Source: Parcubacteria group bacterium GW2011_GWB1_40_14 (lineage in GTDB: Bacteria; Patescibacteriota; Minisyncoccia; Terrybacterales; GWB1-40-14). From it: a stretch of DNA of 64,000 nt. Below the pieces are notes generated by a model. The model saw only the letters and a list, made by a program, of their open reading frames with translations. It had not been told where the DNA came from and made no database searches. Shown here one piece after another: positions 60,682-64,000 of this stretch. Numbering within the stretch: position 1 is the stretch's first letter; every line of letters starts with the position of its first letter. Where the stretch lies: contig LBYG01000001.1 of assembly GCA_000996085.1 (NCBI GenBank), forward strand, positions 651-64,650. The letters run 5' to 3'. A program made the position numbers and the translations under genes.

Positions 60682-62373
60682 TTATAAATAGTGTTGAGCT
60701 TCCTGATAAGAGCTTATTTCATCCGCGCTTACGATATTAATTGAATTCCATGAAAAACCCAGAGCTTTCAAAACGTTGCCGTCTTGGATCCAACGCTTAA
60801 AACCGCTTTGTATATACCACACCTTTGTATCGTTTGAAGAACGCAGCAATGTACCGCCTGGCCAATTTACATATTGACCGACAGGATAAAAACTCATCTC
60901 CGTATCACTTATTTTTTTAATATTTTTAGTGCTTAATTTAAGCTTAATAAATAAGGTCTGAGAGCTAATCGGTCGCCTTTGTCCGCTTTCAACTTTATAT
61001 ATTGTGTTTGAAACACCTTTTATTATCTTATTCGAAGTTATTAAAGTTCCATCCGGATATACCAAAGGTTGACCTTTAGCATAAAGGTTCAGGGAAGTTA
61101 TATATCTTAATTTCTCTCCTTCAAATTTATAAACTGATCCTTTTTCATCCTTTACCAAAGTTCCGTCAGGATACGGAATCGGTTCACCGAAAGGATACAG
61201 GATCAATTCGCGATCAGAAACTATTTTAATATCTTCCCATTTGAAATTGGCAAATTTAAATATCTCTTCGTTTAAAATATCCCGGCGTTTTTCGGCTTCT
61301 ACTTTATAAATACGGCCGCGGCTAGCTGAACGTATCAAAGTTCCGTCGGCAAATTTTGCCAATGTTTCTGACGGAAAAAGGTGCAGTTGGGTTTCTGAAA
61401 TAGCTACAATTTTATCAGCGCTTGCGGAAACCATTTTGCGCGCAGCGCCGCTTGAAAGAGAAAAAATATCAGAACTGTTAGTTGTTTTATAAAACAAATT
61501 TTTATACGTATTGGCAAAATTCTGAGCTTTTGTTCTCAATAAAGTAAAATCAAAAAAATCCGAATTGCCGGCTTCAATATCGCCGTGGCTCAGAACCGTC
61601 GGACCGGTGAATGTTGTCGAGTATGCTCCGGATGAAATATCACACTTCCCTTCTATGTTTCTAGGATTTTCCCAGATTTCACTTGTGGAAACTGCAGAAG
61701 GTTCAAATCCATTAACAACAGCTAACCAAGCTGAAAGTCTGGCTAAACTATCTTCCATAGCTTGAGGCATGGGTGTTGCTGCGTAATTACCAAGCAACAT
61801 AATTCCTACTGTATTTATATTAAAATTTTGACATTTTCTGGAATGATAAAGATGCGCTCCTCGTGTGCCGTTACCGCCAAAACGTCCTTCATATATCCGC
61901 CCTTGACGATCTATTATGTAGTTATAACCTATGTCTTCCCAGCCATATGTTATTGCGTGAAATCTATAAACAGCTTGAATTAAAGATATAGGATTGGTCG
62001 AATCGCTGTTACAGGCAGGCGAGGATAAACGACAACCCAAATCATGAACAACTATTCTTTCAACTGAAGCATAATCGGGCGGAATATGACTTTCTTCCGG
62101 GAACCAAGTCATCATAGCTCTTAATTCATCAGTATTTTCCCACGTACTACGTGGCAATATAACCGGCACACCTTCCGCGGTAAAATTGTTCCCAGATATA
62201 ACGGTTCCGGGACCCGAAGAAGAGGTTGTATCCAAAACGCTCGGGTCTATGTCCGCAGCCTGAGCTTGAGAATTCAAAAACAAAATCGCCACCGCAAACG
62301 CTGTGGCAAACCCCTTCGACAAGCTCAGGACAAGCCTTTTTTTAATTAAATATCCGATATTATATGAGCTCAT
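60682..62373 (-). CDS. N-acetylmuramoyl-L-alanine amidase (amidase_2/PGRP domain) with four C-terminal ~57-aa repeats
   Basis: 'IVVHDLG...WEDIGYNYIIDRQGRIYEGRFGG...GAH' amidase_2 zinc-site motifs. C-terminal repeats share '[YF]PDGTL[IV]...IYK[VF]E.G.[KR]R.I'. Confidence 0.75.
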   Translation of the reverse strand: MSSYNIGYLIKKRLVLSLSKGFATAFAVAILFLNSQAQAADIDPSVLDTTSSSGPGTVISGNNFTAEGVPVILPRSTWENTDELRAMMTWFPEESHIPPDYASVERIVVHDLGCRLSSPACNSDSTNPISLIQAVYRFHAITYGWEDIGYNYIIDRQGRIYEGRFGGNGTRGAHLYHSRKCQNFNINTVGIMLLGNYAATPMPQAMEDSLARLSAWLAVVNGFEPSAVSTSEIWENPRNIEGKCDISSGAYSTTFTGPTVLSHGDIEAGNSDFFDFTLLRTKAQNFANTYKNLFYKTTNSSDIFSLSSGAARKMVSASADKIVAISETQLHLFPSETLAKFADGTLIRSASRGRIYKVEAEKRRDILNEEIFKFANFKWEDIKIVSDRELILYPFGEPIPYPDGTLVKDEKGSVYKFEGEKLRYITSLNLYAKGQPLVYPDGTLITSNKIIKGVSNTIYKVESGQRRPISSQTLFIKLKLSTKNIKKISDTEMSFYPVGQYVNWPGGTLLRSSNDTKVWYIQSGFKRWIQDGNVLKALGFSWNSINIVSADEISSYQEAQHYL

Positions 62374-62471
62374 ATGAACATTTTACCCAAAAATCATCTT
62401 TTTAGCCAAACAAACGAATACTTATAATATATGACGTAATATAAGGCAAAATATTTCGTGCTAAAACCACT

Positions 62472-62765
62472 TTAATTATTGGGTCGAATAACGTGGATAA
62501 AAACGGAAGAAACTTCTTTGAATGTTTTTTGGACTAAAATATATACTTGAGCGCCTAATTCCCAAGTTCTATTCCAAATATCTTGTGGAACGTACTTAAA
62601 AATAAGGTTTTTGGCGTTATTTAGTTGTTCAACTATCTGTGTTATGAGCGCTGAGGCTAATTCTTTTTCATCTACCTGAACTGTTACTTCGGCGGCATAA
62701 ATACCGCTTCCTGTTAAAAGGATGCCGACAAGCACTAAAATAATAAAATGTTTAGTATGTGGCAT
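62472..62765 (-). CDS. hypothetical small membrane-anchored protein
   Basis: 97 aa with N-terminal TM/signal. No motif recognised. Confidence 0.3.
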   Translation of the reverse strand: MPHTKHFIILVLVGILLTGSGIYAAEVTVQVDEKELASALITQIVEQLNNAKNLIFKYVPQDIWNRTWELGAQVYILVQKTFKEVSSVFIHVIRPNN

Positions 62766-62784
62766 AATGTTGTATTTTTTTAAT

Positions 62785-63987
62785 TTATAAATATTCTATC
62801 GGATCAAGATGTCCGCCTATCGGTAAGGGACCATACCATCTTTGTATAACCTCAAATGTATTTGCGGCATAAACTGTAAAATGCAGATGAGGTCCTGTAG
62901 AAAAGCCCGTGGAACCCATATAACCGATAACTGCACCCTTGCTCACATTTTGTCCGTTTGAAACAGCAATCCTTGAAAGATGGGCATATAAAGTAACCAA
63001 GCCGTTTTTATGGTCTACGGCTACCCAGCGACCGTAAGCATATCGGCTATCGTCACCTTTTGAGACAACCTTGCCGTCTCCCGCGGCATAAATTGGAGTG
63101 CCTATTCCGCTTGTAGGCGCGATATCAATTCCGTTATGAAATTCATATCCGTTATTCACAAATCCGGTTTTAGATGTTGATCCGTAATATTGAGTAATCC
63201 TTACTTCATCGACAGGCCATGCCAATACTCCCTTTCCTTTGGGTAAAGTATCAGGATTGATTGCATAACGTAATTTCGCTTCCAAACCGACTATTTCTTT
63301 TTGAGCGTCAACCTGCTGTGTTTCAAGTTGTTTAAGAGATTTCTGATAAACCGTTTCCTGTTGCTTTGTATTTTTCAATACCTGACTTTTTTCCGTGCGT
63401 TGTTCTTCCGCCAAATCTTGCTGCAAGCTTAATTTTGTACGCAACGTAATTAAATTTTCTTCTTCTTGGGTTGCGTCTTCTTTTTCTTTTTCTAAGTTCA
63501 CAGTCAATTCTTTTGCAACACTAAGTCTGGTTTTCAACTCGCCCTCAAGTCTTTGCGCTCCGTAAAAATCATTAAAAATTGTACTTAAGCTGTCAGCACC
63601 CAAAGAAAGTTCAATAATATCCGGAGTCCCAGTCTCATAAAGCATTCTCAGAGCTGAAGCAATTCGAGCTTTTTCAAGATTTATAGCGTCTTCTGTTTGC
63701 TTGATCCGCGCTTCCAACTCTGTTATTTTAAGCCGCGTTTCTTCAATTTGCCCTTCGGTTATTGCCATTTCTAACTCAAAAGCTTCAATTTGTTTGTTAA
63801 ATCTATATATCTGATTTTGTAGAGAGCGTGCTTGTCCCTGTGCCTCAACAAGATTCTGCTTTGCTTCAGCCATCTTTTGTTGTAATTGTTTTACCTCTTC
63901 ATTTTTTGTAGAAATTTGCTTACGCAAGTCATCAATCATGCTGCCTTTGGCGACCATTGGTGAAATAAACAAAAAGCCCATAAACAA
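62785..63987 (-). CDS. M23-family peptidoglycan endopeptidase with N-terminal coiled coil (EnvC-like)
   Basis: Long coiled coil, then 'HNGIDIA...GTPIYAAGDGKVV...LVTLYAHLS...GSTGFSTGPHLHF' M23 zinc-site motifs. Confidence 0.85.
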   Translation of the reverse strand: MFMGFLFISPMVAKGSMIDDLRKQISTKNEEVKQLQQKMAEAKQNLVEAQGQARSLQNQIYRFNKQIEAFELEMAITEGQIEETRLKITELEARIKQTEDAINLEKARIASALRMLYETGTPDIIELSLGADSLSTIFNDFYGAQRLEGELKTRLSVAKELTVNLEKEKEDATQEEENLITLRTKLSLQQDLAEEQRTEKSQVLKNTKQQETVYQKSLKQLETQQVDAQKEIVGLEAKLRYAINPDTLPKGKGVLAWPVDEVRITQYYGSTSKTGFVNNGYEFHNGIDIAPTSGIGTPIYAAGDGKVVSKGDDSRYAYGRWVAVDHKNGLVTLYAHLSRIAVSNGQNVSKGAVIGYMGSTGFSTGPHLHFTVYAANTFEVIQRWYGPLPIGGHLDPIEYL

Positions 63988-64000
63988 AAGGGCTAAAATG

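Overview
Low-GC, gene-dense bacterial chromosomal window, about 75 protein genes, almost no non-coding space beyond short hairpin terminators. Gene content looks like a small-genome Patescibacteria/CPR-like organism; this is inference from content only. No rRNA, tRNA, CRISPR array, transposase, integrase or reverse transcriptase was recognised. Recognisable blocks: (i) 1-5.7 kb, Gmad2-domain protein, ABC-2 exporter, Obg, L,D-transpeptidase; (ii) 5.9-9.3 kb, secreted CAP-domain protein and a large parallel beta-helix surface protein whose N-terminus sits in a different frame (frameshift); (iii) 9.6-10.4 kb, nickel superoxide dismutase precursor (sodN) with its S26-type maturation peptidase (sodX); (iv) MoxR ATPase, sortase, small stress-type proteins (DUF948/YtxH/SIMPL); (v) a DNA-repair cluster, Cas4/AddB-type Fe-S nuclease, XRE HTH, a GC-anomalous segment with a cryptic small ORF and strong promoter, uvrC, uvrA, NTase-fold protein, rmuC; (vi) a thioredoxin-like/CcdA redox module with unknown partners including a Cys-rich exported peptide; (vii) a complete F1Fo ATP synthase operon (atpI-B-E-F-H-A-G-D-C) interrupted by extra small membrane ORFs and palindromic repeat elements, followed by trxA; (viii) short beta-carbonic-anhydrase-like gene, ABC transporter, nth, MBL hydrolase, DUF151 nuclease, the conserved priA-def-fmt block (PriA with degenerate ATPase motifs), tagA/wecB-type glycosyltransferase, murC; (ix) AbrB-type regulator plus MacAB-like efflux system; (x) rpmA (without rplU), rplI, acylphosphatase, S41 protease; (xi) an 11-kb minus-strand cell-envelope cluster (four GT2/GT4 glycosyltransferases, LCP, Wzy-like ligase, SpoIID, amidase_2 with C-terminal repeats, M23 peptidase). 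Most distinctive sequence-level observation: a family of nested palindromic intergenic elements (long outer stem enclosing an inner hairpin, sharing a 'tcgact(g)tt' core), with a related GC-rich block apparently inserted in-frame in atpD.
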